A stretch of DNA of 64,000 bases, from positions 18,227-82,226 of the forward strand of contig CAVSGI010000001.1 in NCBI GenBank assembly GCA_963727445.1, written 5' to 3'. Origin of the DNA: an uncultured delta proteobacterium (lineage in GTDB: Bacteria > Myxococcota_A > Polyangia > Polyangiales > B10-G4). Below are positions 9,603 to 17,355 of the stretch, piece after piece. Position 1 is the stretch's first letter. The number at the start of each line of letters is the position of its first letter. Below the pieces are notes generated by a model that worked only from the letters and a program-made list of their open reading frames with translations, was not told the origin of the DNA and ran no database searches. Made by a program: the position numbers and the translations under genes.

Positions 9603-11462
9603 ATGAGCGTTCGGGACCCCTTCGCAGAGGACGCCAAGGCGCTCCACATCGAGATCGACGCGATCCTGGCGAAGGACCTCGACGACCTCGCCCTCCGAGA
9701 CGCGCTCGAGGCGCTCGAAGAGCGCAAGGCGATCCACCTCGTCTACTACCGGCTGATCCGCTCGCTGCTCGAAAAGAACCCGGTGGTCTTCGGGCCCCTC
9801 GTCCGACCGCGCCTCGACTCCTGGGGCTACGACCGCAATGGGAAGTGGCATCACCCCTGGACCAACGACGAGGGCAAGCGCGATCTCGCCTTCATCCTGA
9901 AGCTCGCCGAGGAGCGCGGGGATGACGCGCTCTTCAAGCGCGCGATGCTCGTCTATCTCGATCGCGCCAAGTGGAAAGACCGTAACGCGCTCTTTCAGAA
10001 GGAGCTCCTCGCCCGCCTCGAGGGAGCCGCCGAGCCTCACGAGCGCGCTTCCGTCTTGTCGCGCTTCGACCGGCTGGGCGTCCTCGACGACGACACGGCC
10101 CTCACCATCTACGCGGCGGCGCCCCTCGCCGGCCGGTCCTTCATCAGCCGTCACCTCCCGTGGCGGCCCTGGGGCACGGACGACGTCGATTTGTTGCCGA
10201 AGCTCCTCGAGGAGACGCGCGATCGCGATCCCGACTTCTACTTCGAGCTCTACCGCCGCCTCGCGGGGGATGCGACCTGGGCAAGGGACGTGGACGTCGT
10301 GCTCCGCGAGGCGAGCGACGACGCGCTCGCGGCGGAGCTCGAGAAGCTCCACCCGCAGCGCTACGTGAAGAACGCGGCGAAGGTCTTCGCCAAGGCGCTC
10401 AAGGAGCGCGACGACGCGGCGCTGCCCTACGTGAGCCGCCACGTGGACGCGGTCGTGCGGGGCTTCTTCGGCCGGGGCGAGTACGGGGATCTCCTGCGCA
10501 TCGCCTATGACCGCGGCTACGACACGCTCTGGGCGGGGCTCCTGCGCCACGCCGCGCCGCCGAAGGACTGGAACGCCGAGGTCCGGCGGCTCGCAGAGGT
10601 CCGTCGTGACGGCGGCGATGCGCGACGGCGCCTGCTCCTCCTCGCCGGCGCCGGCCGCGAGCTCAGCCTGCCGGGCCTGGGCCTCGCGCGGTTGCAGCCC
10701 CTCGAGGACGACACGGCGGTGCTGCTCTTCGAGCGATATCCCGAGCTGCTCCGCGGGCCCTTCAAGCGCAACATCTTCGGGGGCTGGCACCAGCCCTACA
10801 CGAAGCTCGTCGCGCGCGTCCTCGCGGAGGGGGACGAGCTCCTGATCGACTTCCTCGCGAGTCGCTTCGTCACCCGCGGCGGTCCCTACATGAACGAGAA
10901 GGTGCTGGCCTCCGCGGCGACGCTGTCGAAGCACTACGAAGCGCTCCGCGGCGACCCGGTCGCCTTCGCCGAGCGCGCGGCGAACGTCCTCGGCCAGGTG
11001 CCGCCCTTCGTGATCTACGCCTACGAGCTTCTGCTCGAGACGAACCGCCTGGCGCGGCTCCTCTACGAGCACGCGGCCCGGGACTATCTCGCGAGCCCCG
11101 TCGCGATCCGCGATCTTCTCGAGGCGCCCGAGATCCACGCGCAGCGCCTCGCGTTCCTCGCCCTCTCGCTCGACGACGAACGCGCCCGTACCCTCGGCGC
11201 GGCGAATCTCGATCTCCTCGCCGCGACGCTCCTGCGCCCACTCCACCGGCGGACCCGGCTCCTCGCCATGGACGCGCTCGACAACGCCGCGCGCGATGAG
11301 GCGACGGCCGCGCGCGTTCTTCACACCGCGCGCGAGGCGATGTTCCTCCCCGACGTGCGTTACCCGAAGGAGGAGCTGGTCGGGCTCCTCGGGCGCATCC
11401 TCCATCGGCACGCGAGCCTCCGCAGCGAACGCGAGCGGCCGGTCGTCTACGGGAGGGCGTGA
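9603..11462 (+). CDS. Alpha-helical (ARM-like) retron-associated protein
   Basis: 619 aa, Leu/Ala/Arg-rich helical composition, no signal peptide; stop overlaps the SWIM gene start; upstream of the RT. Confidence 0.72.
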   Translation: MSVRDPFAEDAKALHIEIDAILAKDLDDLALRDALEALEERKAIHLVYYRLIRSLLEKNPVVFGPLVRPRLDSWGYDRNGKWHHPWTNDEGKRDLAFILKLAEERGDDALFKRAMLVYLDRAKWKDRNALFQKELLARLEGAAEPHERASVLSRFDRLGVLDDDTALTIYAAAPLAGRSFISRHLPWRPWGTDDVDLLPKLLEETRDRDPDFYFELYRRLAGDATWARDVDVVLREASDDALAAELEKLHPQRYVKNAAKVFAKALKERDDAALPYVSRHVDAVVRGFFGRGEYGDLLRIAYDRGYDTLWAGLLRHAAPPKDWNAEVRRLAEVRRDGGDARRRLLLLAGAGRELSLPGLGLARLQPLEDDTAVLLFERYPELLRGPFKRNIFGGWHQPYTKLVARVLAEGDELLIDFLASRFVTRGGPYMNEKVLASAATLSKHYEALRGDPVAFAERAANVLGQVPPFVIYAYELLLETNRLARLLYEHAARDYLASPVAIRDLLEAPEIHAQRLAFLALSLDDERARTLGAANLDLLAATLLRPLHRRTRLLAMDALDNAARDEATAARVLHTAREAMFLPDVRYPKEELVGLLGRILHRHASLRSERERPVVYGRA

Positions 11463-13045
11463 TGTTCGTCGCCGTCGACTACGCGAGCCCCAGCGCTCTG
11501 GTCAGCACCCGCAAAGACAGCGCCCTCGATCTGCGGAGCGACGGCACCCGACCTGTGCGCCTGCACGCGCGCATCGAAGAGCCCTACGTGCTGCCGGTGC
11601 GCCTGGCGCTACGCGCGCTCGGCGAGGTGGTCTGGTCGGACGATCGCTGGGTGGACGACATGTGGTACGGGTTCATCCTCGACCCGGTCGTCACCGTCCA
11701 CGACGACCGCGTCTTCTTCGAGGCGTTCAGCCAGGACCAGAGCGCCTACGGGTTGGTGATCCTCGATCGCGCCGTGCTCGAGACCGAGGGCGAGGTGGTC
11801 ATCGGCACCACCAACGTGGACTTCACCGCCTGGCTCTGGGCCGCGCTCGGCGAGATGCGGAGCAGCCGAACGACCTGGCTGCGCGTGGGGCCGGAGGGGG
11901 TCGAGGTGCGCACCAGCGGCGGCGGCAGCCGCTTCGAGCCCAAGGTGGAGATCCCCGACCACTGGGTGCGCGGCTTTCTCCAGATGCAGGCGGCGGCGGC
12001 GATGCCGGGCACGCGCCTCGTGTTGAAGCCGGTGGACCTGCTCTCCGCGATCCGCTACCTCCGCTACACCAAGGCCAAGGTGAGCCCCCGCGCCCTGCGC
12101 TACGAGATGCCTCCCGGCGAGGACGCGCGGTTGGTGATCGAGCCCTTCGAGCACGTGGTGCCGCTGCGCGGAGCGGACCACGGCCGTGAAGAGGAGCGCG
12201 TGATCCGCACCTGGGGCCGGCGCCGGCTCCGCCTCCTCGAGCCGCTGCTCCCCTACGCGGACGAGGTGCGCGTCTACCTCAAGGGTCGCGCGCTGCCGAG
12301 CTTCTACGCCGCCCAGCTGCCCGGGGTGACCTTCGTCCTCGGCCTCACCGGCTGGACCGCGAACAGCTTCACCCGGAGCGGGGGGCACGATCTGGCCACG
12401 GGCATCGAAGATGCGGACGAGCGGCTGGTGAACGCCGCGATCGAGGCGCTGCGCGCGCGGCAGGCGGCGACGGCGGAAGAGATCGCGCGCGCCATCTCGG
12501 CGCCGCTGCCCGAGGTGGACCGCGCGCTCGCGCGCCTCTGCCGGCGCGGCCGGGCCATCTTCGACGTCGAGGCGCGCGCCTATCGCCATCGGGAGCTCTT
12601 CGCCGAGCCGCTGGATCTGAAACGGGAAGCGGAGCTCTTCCCGCCGGACCGGCGACGCGCCGAAGCGCGCAAGCTCCTCGACAGCGGGGCGGTCGAAGTC
12701 GAGTCGGTCGCCGTGGAGCAGACCAGGAAGGTCCGAAAGCTGAAGACGCCCGAGGGTCGGGTGACCCGCGAGGTGGTGCACCGCGACCATCGGGTGCGCG
12801 GGAAGATGCCCGGCGTGACCCGCACCGAGATCGTCGTCGCCGAGAGCGGCCGCGTGATCTTCGGCACCTGCAGCTGCCCCTTCTTCGCGGACAACCTCCT
12901 GAACCGTGGACCCTGCGAGCACATGGTGGCGCTCCTCGAGGCGAGCGCGAAGGAGCGCAAGGACGCGCCGACCTCCACTGAGGCGTCGGGCGACGCGAGC
13001 CAGCCAGCGCCGCCGCGACACGACAACCACGGAGAGGACGCATGA
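11459..13045 (+). CDS. Winged-helix + SWIM zinc-finger protein (retron-associated)
   Basis: C-terminal GTCSCPFF..GPCEHMVAL (CxC-x12-CxH); wHTH-like AEEIARAISAPLPEVDRALARLCRRGRAIFD; N-terminal LDPVVTV...FFEAFSQDQSAYG. Confidence 0.85.
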   Translation: MMFVAVDYASPSALVSTRKDSALDLRSDGTRPVRLHARIEEPYVLPVRLALRALGEVVWSDDRWVDDMWYGFILDPVVTVHDDRVFFEAFSQDQSAYGLVILDRAVLETEGEVVIGTTNVDFTAWLWAALGEMRSSRTTWLRVGPEGVEVRTSGGGSRFEPKVEIPDHWVRGFLQMQAAAAMPGTRLVLKPVDLLSAIRYLRYTKAKVSPRALRYEMPPGEDARLVIEPFEHVVPLRGADHGREEERVIRTWGRRRLRLLEPLLPYADEVRVYLKGRALPSFYAAQLPGVTFVLGLTGWTANSFTRSGGHDLATGIEDADERLVNAAIEALRARQAATAEEIARAISAPLPEVDRALARLCRRGRAIFDVEARAYRHRELFAEPLDLKREAELFPPDRRRAEARKLLDSGAVEVESVAVEQTRKVRKLKTPEGRVTREVVHRDHRVRGKMPGVTRTEIVVAESGRVIFGTCSCPFFADNLLNRGPCEHMVALLEASAKERKDAPTSTEASGDASQPAPPRHDNHGEDA

Positions 13046-13070
13046 GCGTCCTGTCGATAGAGATGATCAC

Positions 13071-13226
13071 GACCGGTGAGGAGCTCGAAGCGAGATCAGC
13101 CTTCTGCGCGGTGTTTCGCCGTGCTGGCGTATTGAGCTCATCACATCGCCGCGGTCCCAGCGCACGAAACGCCGGGAGCCACGGGTCCAGGGCCCCGAGA
13201 GTGGTCCTTCGGGTTCCTCACCGGTC
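13071..13226 (+). ncRNA. Retron msr-msd ncRNA (predicted)
   Basis: GACCGGTGAGGAGCTCGAAG (13071-13090) pairs fully with CTTCGGGTTCCTCACCGGTC (13207-13226): 18 WC pairs + 2 G-U; internal hairpins at 13109-13174 and 13178-13205; ends 21 nt before the RT ATG. Confidence 0.8.
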
Positions 13227-13247
13227 ACCTTCTCGTCGGGCGGGCGC

Positions 13248-14528
13248 ATGAGCCTCCTCAGGCGCTTCCTCTCCTTCTTGTGGCGCCTCTTCTTCGCCTC
13301 GAAGAAGCTCGAGCGGCGCACGACGCGCCACGGCCAGGGCGACCTCGATCAGACCCACGAGGAGGTCGATCTCTCGGGCGGTCCGCTCAAGCCCGCGCAT
13401 CGACGCAGGGCGCTCCACGACCCGCGTCTTCTTCCAAAGCCCGCGCGAAAGAACCCCTGGGAGAAGCCGCCGAAGGTGATGGACGCCGACGAGGCCGGCC
13501 GCCTCTTCGCGCCGACGATGCGCACCAAGAGCCGGCGGCTGCGCACCCTCGTCGCCGACGAGGAGCAGCTCGCGCGTCACGACCTCCCCGCCTGGAAGAG
13601 CGAGGCCGAGGTCGCAGCGGCCCTCGGCGTGACCCGCGGCGAGCTGCGTCATTTCAGCATTCATCGCCAGCGTGAGCGCACCCCCCACTACGTGACCTTC
13701 GCCGTGCCCAAGCGGAGCGGAGGCGAGCGATTGATCTGCGCGCCGAAGGCGCAGCTCAAGGCCTTGCAGCGAACGCTCCTGAAGGAGCTCATCGAACACC
13801 TTCCCGTTCACGACGCGGCCCACGGCTTCCGCAAGGGCCGCTCGGTGCGCACCGCCGCCGAGGCGCACGTCGGCCGCGCGGTCGTCGTGCGCATGGACCT
13901 GCGCGACTTCTTCGGAACAGTCACCTTCGTGCGCGTGCGCGGTTACCTGGTGGCGATGGGTTATGGCTACGAGGTCGCCACCATCCTCGCGGTGCTGATG
14001 ACGGAGGCGCCACGCCAGCCGGTGGCCGTGGGAGACGACGTCTTCCACGTCCCCGTCGGCCCGCGGAGCGCGGTGCAAGGTGCGCCCACCAGCCCCGCGA
14101 TCTGCAACGCGATCGTCCACAAGCTCGACGCGCGCCTCTCGGGCCTCGCCGCCGCGCTCGGGTTTCGGTACACCCGCTACGCGGACGACCTCACCTTCTC
14201 CAGCGACGATCCCGAACGGGTCGGCCGGTTGATGCACGCCGTGCGGGAGATCGTGCGAGACGAGGGCTTCGCGCTCAACCGCGACAAGACGCGGGTCATG
14301 CGCAAGGGCGGCCACCAGACGGTCTGTGGCGTCACCGTCAACGAGACGCTCGGGCTCAGCCGAAAGACGCGCAAGAAGCTGCGCGCGATGATCCATGCGG
14401 AGAAGCAGAGTCGTGACCGTGGCGAGGCCGACGCCTCGCGCACGGCGATGATCGAGGGCTGGCTCGCCTATCTGTCGATGCTCAATGAAGAGCAGGCCGA
14501 GGCGCTCCGCGTGCGCTGGGTCAGCTGA
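13248..14528 (+). CDS. Retron-type reverse transcriptase
   Basis: PKRSGGERLICAP, AAHGFRKGRS, DLRDFF, QGAPTSPAICN, YTRYADDLTFS, LNRDKT, QTVCGVTVN; no maturase or endonuclease domain. Confidence 0.95.
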   Translation: MSLLRRFLSFLWRLFFASKKLERRTTRHGQGDLDQTHEEVDLSGGPLKPAHRRRALHDPRLLPKPARKNPWEKPPKVMDADEAGRLFAPTMRTKSRRLRTLVADEEQLARHDLPAWKSEAEVAAALGVTRGELRHFSIHRQRERTPHYVTFAVPKRSGGERLICAPKAQLKALQRTLLKELIEHLPVHDAAHGFRKGRSVRTAAEAHVGRAVVVRMDLRDFFGTVTFVRVRGYLVAMGYGYEVATILAVLMTEAPRQPVAVGDDVFHVPVGPRSAVQGAPTSPAICNAIVHKLDARLSGLAAALGFRYTRYADDLTFSSDDPERVGRLMHAVREIVRDEGFALNRDKTRVMRKGGHQTVCGVTVNETLGLSRKTRKKLRAMIHAEKQSRDRGEADASRTAMIEGWLAYLSMLNEEQAEALRVRWVS

Positions 14529-15336
14529 GCTCGTCGTTCAACAGGTCGAGTCGGGCGAGGCCCGGCTTCAGCTGCTCGCGCCAGCACCGCTCGAAAACCA
14601 GCACCTGACGCACGGGCGAGAAGAGCCCGAGGGCGGCGCGCGCCGGCTCGGGGTGGGCGTCGAGGGTGCGCGCGTCCTCGCCCACCTCGCGAAGGATCCG
14701 CGCGGCCTGCTCGCGATGCGGCGCGACGGTGGTCGCCACCAGATGACGCCAACTCGTGAGCGTCGAGGGACGAAAGCGCTTCAGCGACTCCTCGACGTAG
14801 GCCCAACCGAATCGCTGGTGGCCCTCTTCGTCGGCGACGGTCGCGTCCAGCACCCGGCGCACCGCACCATCGGGACAGCGCTCGCGCAGGTCCTCCACGA
14901 ACGCCACCGAGATGGTCTCGTTGATGAGGAGCATCGAGATCGCCGTGGTGAGCGCGCGCTCGGGCATGGGCGCGCGGAGGTAGCGCTCGGGATCGCGCAG
15001 CTCGACGGGGTCCGGAAGCATCGGCGTCGCCCCGAGGGCCTCGCAGAGCGCCGCGCAGAGCGCCGTGTGCCGGATCTCGTCCACCACCAGGTCCGCCGCG
15101 CCCGCGTAGACCTCCAGAGGATCGCCCGCGCCGACGACCTCGGAGGCGAAGCGCGTCATGATCTGGATGGAGCGGAACTCGGTGCGCACCCGCTGCTGCC
15201 AGGTTCGGCGCGCCTCCTCGAGGAGCGACGGATCGTGCGCCTGCGGATCGAAATCCGACAGGTCGACGCCATCCCCCAGCACCTCGGCTGAGAGCGCCGC
15301 GAAGGGTGGTCCAGCGCGCATGAGCGGACGGGCCAT
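14521..15336 (-). CDS. Ferritin-like di-iron protein
   Basis: TEFRS..., DEIRH, NETIS, DEEGH (paired E / ExxH ligands). Confidence 0.8.
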   Translation of the reverse strand: MARPLMRAGPPFAALSAEVLGDGVDLSDFDPQAHDPSLLEEARRTWQQRVRTEFRSIQIMTRFASEVVGAGDPLEVYAGAADLVVDEIRHTALCAALCEALGATPMLPDPVELRDPERYLRAPMPERALTTAISMLLINETISVAFVEDLRERCPDGAVRRVLDATVADEEGHQRFGWAYVEESLKRFRPSTLTSWRHLVATTVAPHREQAARILREVGEDARTLDAHPEPARAALGLFSPVRQVLVFERCWREQLKPGLARLDLLNDELS

Positions 15337-15340
15337 GCGA

Positions 15341-15793
15341 TCAGCCCGCGTCTGACATCATCGCCGCGTCCGCCTCCACCGAACCGTCCCCGGAGGGACC
15401 GACGTCGGACGCATCGGACATCCCCGCATCGGACGGGGCCGCGTCGGAACCCGCATCGCCGCCCGGGCAGGAGACGGCGGGGCCATCGAGGCAGGTCCCG
15501 TCGCCGCAGTCGGTGTACAGGCCGTAGTTGCAGATGGTGTCCGGCGGGCAGTAGCAGGTGTCGATCATCCCGGCGCTACAGCATGGCTCCCACGTGCCGC
15601 CGTCCCCGCCTCCGTCGACGGTCGCGTCCCCGCTCGGATGCGAGTCGCCGCACCCCGTGAACAAGAGTGCGCTCCCCGAAAGGATCAGCGACAAGAGCAG
15701 CGGCCAGGCGCTGCCCGCCACGCACCCGGCACCGAAGAAGACCAGCGCGAAGACAAGAAGGGCGAAGGGGAGACGGGAGGCGTGGCGAACCAT
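15341..15793 (-). CDS. Small membrane or lipoprotein with a Cys cluster
   Basis: Two hydrophobic segments, LFTGC lipobox, CC..CYC..C..C..C..C core, DAG tail; 4 nt from the ferritin-like gene; start uncertain. Confidence 0.6.
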   Translation of the reverse strand: MVRHASRLPFALLVFALVFFGAGCVAGSAWPLLLSLILSGSALLFTGCGDSHPSGDATVDGGGDGGTWEPCCSAGMIDTCYCPPDTICNYGLYTDCGDGTCLDGPAVSCPGGDAGSDAAPSDAGMSDASDVGPSGDGSVEADAAMMSDAG

Positions 15794-15883
15794 GTCGGAC
15801 ACCGGAGCAACGATCGTACCGTATCCGGGCTGCGGAATTGCCACGAAAGCGCCCGGTCGGTGTGCCGAGGCGTGCCGCGGGCT

Positions 15884-16735
15884 TCAGCTGCGACCGGTGA
15901 CCTGGTGGGCCACGCGCCCGACGAAGAAGGGACCCATCTGAACGATGTAGGTCGAGGTCTGCTTCGTCTTCCGCATGGTCTGGACCACGTGGGAGAGGCG
16001 GTGGAGGTTGTCGCCGATGAGGCCGATGACGAACTCGTTGTCGCCCTGGTCGAGGCCGTGACAGGCGAGCCGGATGTCGTGGGCCAGGTCCTTGGCCCCA
16101 TAAGCGCGGCCGATGATGGCGTGCTCCTTGAGGATCTTGCCCTGCTCGCGAGCGTCGAGCTTCTCGAACTCACCGCTGCGTCGAAGCGGATACCAGACGT
16201 GCCACGGCCACTTGTCGTTGAGGGCGGTCTCCTGCGGACGCTCGAGGATCCAGTACTCGAGGTCCGGCTCGTAACCGCTCGAATACGTGCGACCGAACAT
16301 CGTGTAGGACGGCCGAAGCGTGAGCTGCGCGAGGCGCGTGTCCCGGAAGATCGGCCGGATGGTGGTGACGAAGTGGTCGGGGTTCTCGCTCCAGGTGAGC
16401 AGACCGATGGCGCGCGGATCGTTGACGTCCTCGTAGACCACCCCGGCGGCGCCGGCTTCCTCGAGCGCGGAAGCGATCGTCTTTGCAGCGTCCTCGGGAT
16501 CGGCGCCGGGCGCGCAATCGAAGATCAGGAGCTGCATGAAGAGGCGCCGGTCCATCACCTGGCGCTTGCCGTCCTTCTCACCGCCGTACTCGTTGATGTC
16601 CACCTTCATCAGGTCGGTGGCGCCGCCGCTCTTCGGCGACTCGGTGCGAACCGGCGCAGACGGCTGGGCGGCGGCTGGGCCTCCGACGCCGGCGGGCGGA
16701 CGCTCCGAGGGATTGAACTCGCTCCTGTTGCTCAT
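15884..16735 (-). CDS. Chlorite dismutase-family heme protein (coproheme decarboxylase-like)
   Basis: VVYEDVNDP, WYPLRR, ILKEHAIIGRAY, HGLD..DNEFVIG, GPFFVG; start taken at MSNRSE. Confidence 0.82.
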   Translation of the reverse strand: MSNRSEFNPSERPPAGVGGPAAAQPSAPVRTESPKSGGATDLMKVDINEYGGEKDGKRQVMDRRLFMQLLIFDCAPGADPEDAAKTIASALEEAGAAGVVYEDVNDPRAIGLLTWSENPDHFVTTIRPIFRDTRLAQLTLRPSYTMFGRTYSSGYEPDLEYWILERPQETALNDKWPWHVWYPLRRSGEFEKLDAREQGKILKEHAIIGRAYGAKDLAHDIRLACHGLDQGDNEFVIGLIGDNLHRLSHVVQTMRKTKQTSTYIVQMGPFFVGRVAHQVTGRS

Positions 16736-16767
16736 GCGCCGGAGCTTACCCCACATCTTCGCTGCTG

Positions 16768-17292
16768 CTAACGGGGCGTCGGCCGTCCCAAGCGCTCTGC
16801 GGGCTCGGGCTCCTGGCTCTCCTGGGCCCAGGGATCGAGGACCTCGCTGGTGGCCGGCATCGGCCACGGCTCGTCGCGGGATTCGAAGGGGTCGAGGACC
16901 TCGCTCGTCACGGCCCAGTGCCTGCGCTCCATGCTGGCGCGGAGAAAGTCGGCGACGGCGAGGCCGATCCACGCCGCGCCCCGCTCACCCGAAGGAGCCG
17001 CGACGTGGGTGAGACGCCGCCGGCCGGCGGGTTCCTGAAAGAAGAGCTGCGCCGAGCGTCCGTCGCGCGCGACCACTACTGCGAGCGTGCCCCGCGTGTG
17101 CTCGACGCCGGCGTCGAGGAGCGAGACCACCGGAATGTTCAGCGCCCGCTCGACGACTTCGCGCACGCGCTGGGCGCCGACCTGTGTGCTCTGAGACTCC
17201 ACGGTGACCGCGAGTGGTTCGTCCGCGCGCGCCCGGCTCACCCAGAGGCTGCCCAGACAGAGTGAGATGACGAAGACCGTGACCGTTCTCAT
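16768..17292 (-). CDS. Secreted hypothetical protein
   Basis: MRTVTVFVISLCLGSLWVSRARA signal; repeated TSEVLDP motif. Confidence 0.6.
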   Translation of the reverse strand: MRTVTVFVISLCLGSLWVSRARADEPLAVTVESQSTQVGAQRVREVVERALNIPVVSLLDAGVEHTRGTLAVVVARDGRSAQLFFQEPAGRRRLTHVAAPSGERGAAWIGLAVADFLRASMERRHWAVTSEVLDPFESRDEPWPMPATSEVLDPWAQESQEPEPAERLGRPTPR

Positions 17293-17355
17293 GATGCCTC
17301 GAGTATACGCGACGCCGTTGACTCGGGCCGCCGGGGGCGGGCATGGTCCGGCGCC

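Noticed and set aside
7902..11411. 1169-aa minus-strand ORF (also 58241-62284, 6502-8235, 26348-28441 and similar)
   Set aside because: Antisense shadows of real high-GC genes; no recognisable motifs
13042..13251. 69-aa ORF bridging the SWIM and RT genes
   Set aside because: No protein features, and it coincides with the structured retron ncRNA. It overlaps both neighbours by ATGA, so translational coupling cannot be fully excluded
13248..14528. RT as group II intron, DGR or CRISPR-associated RT
   Set aside because: No maturase or intron domain V, no TR/VR repeat pair, no cas genes or array; the motifs and upstream inverted repeat fit a retron
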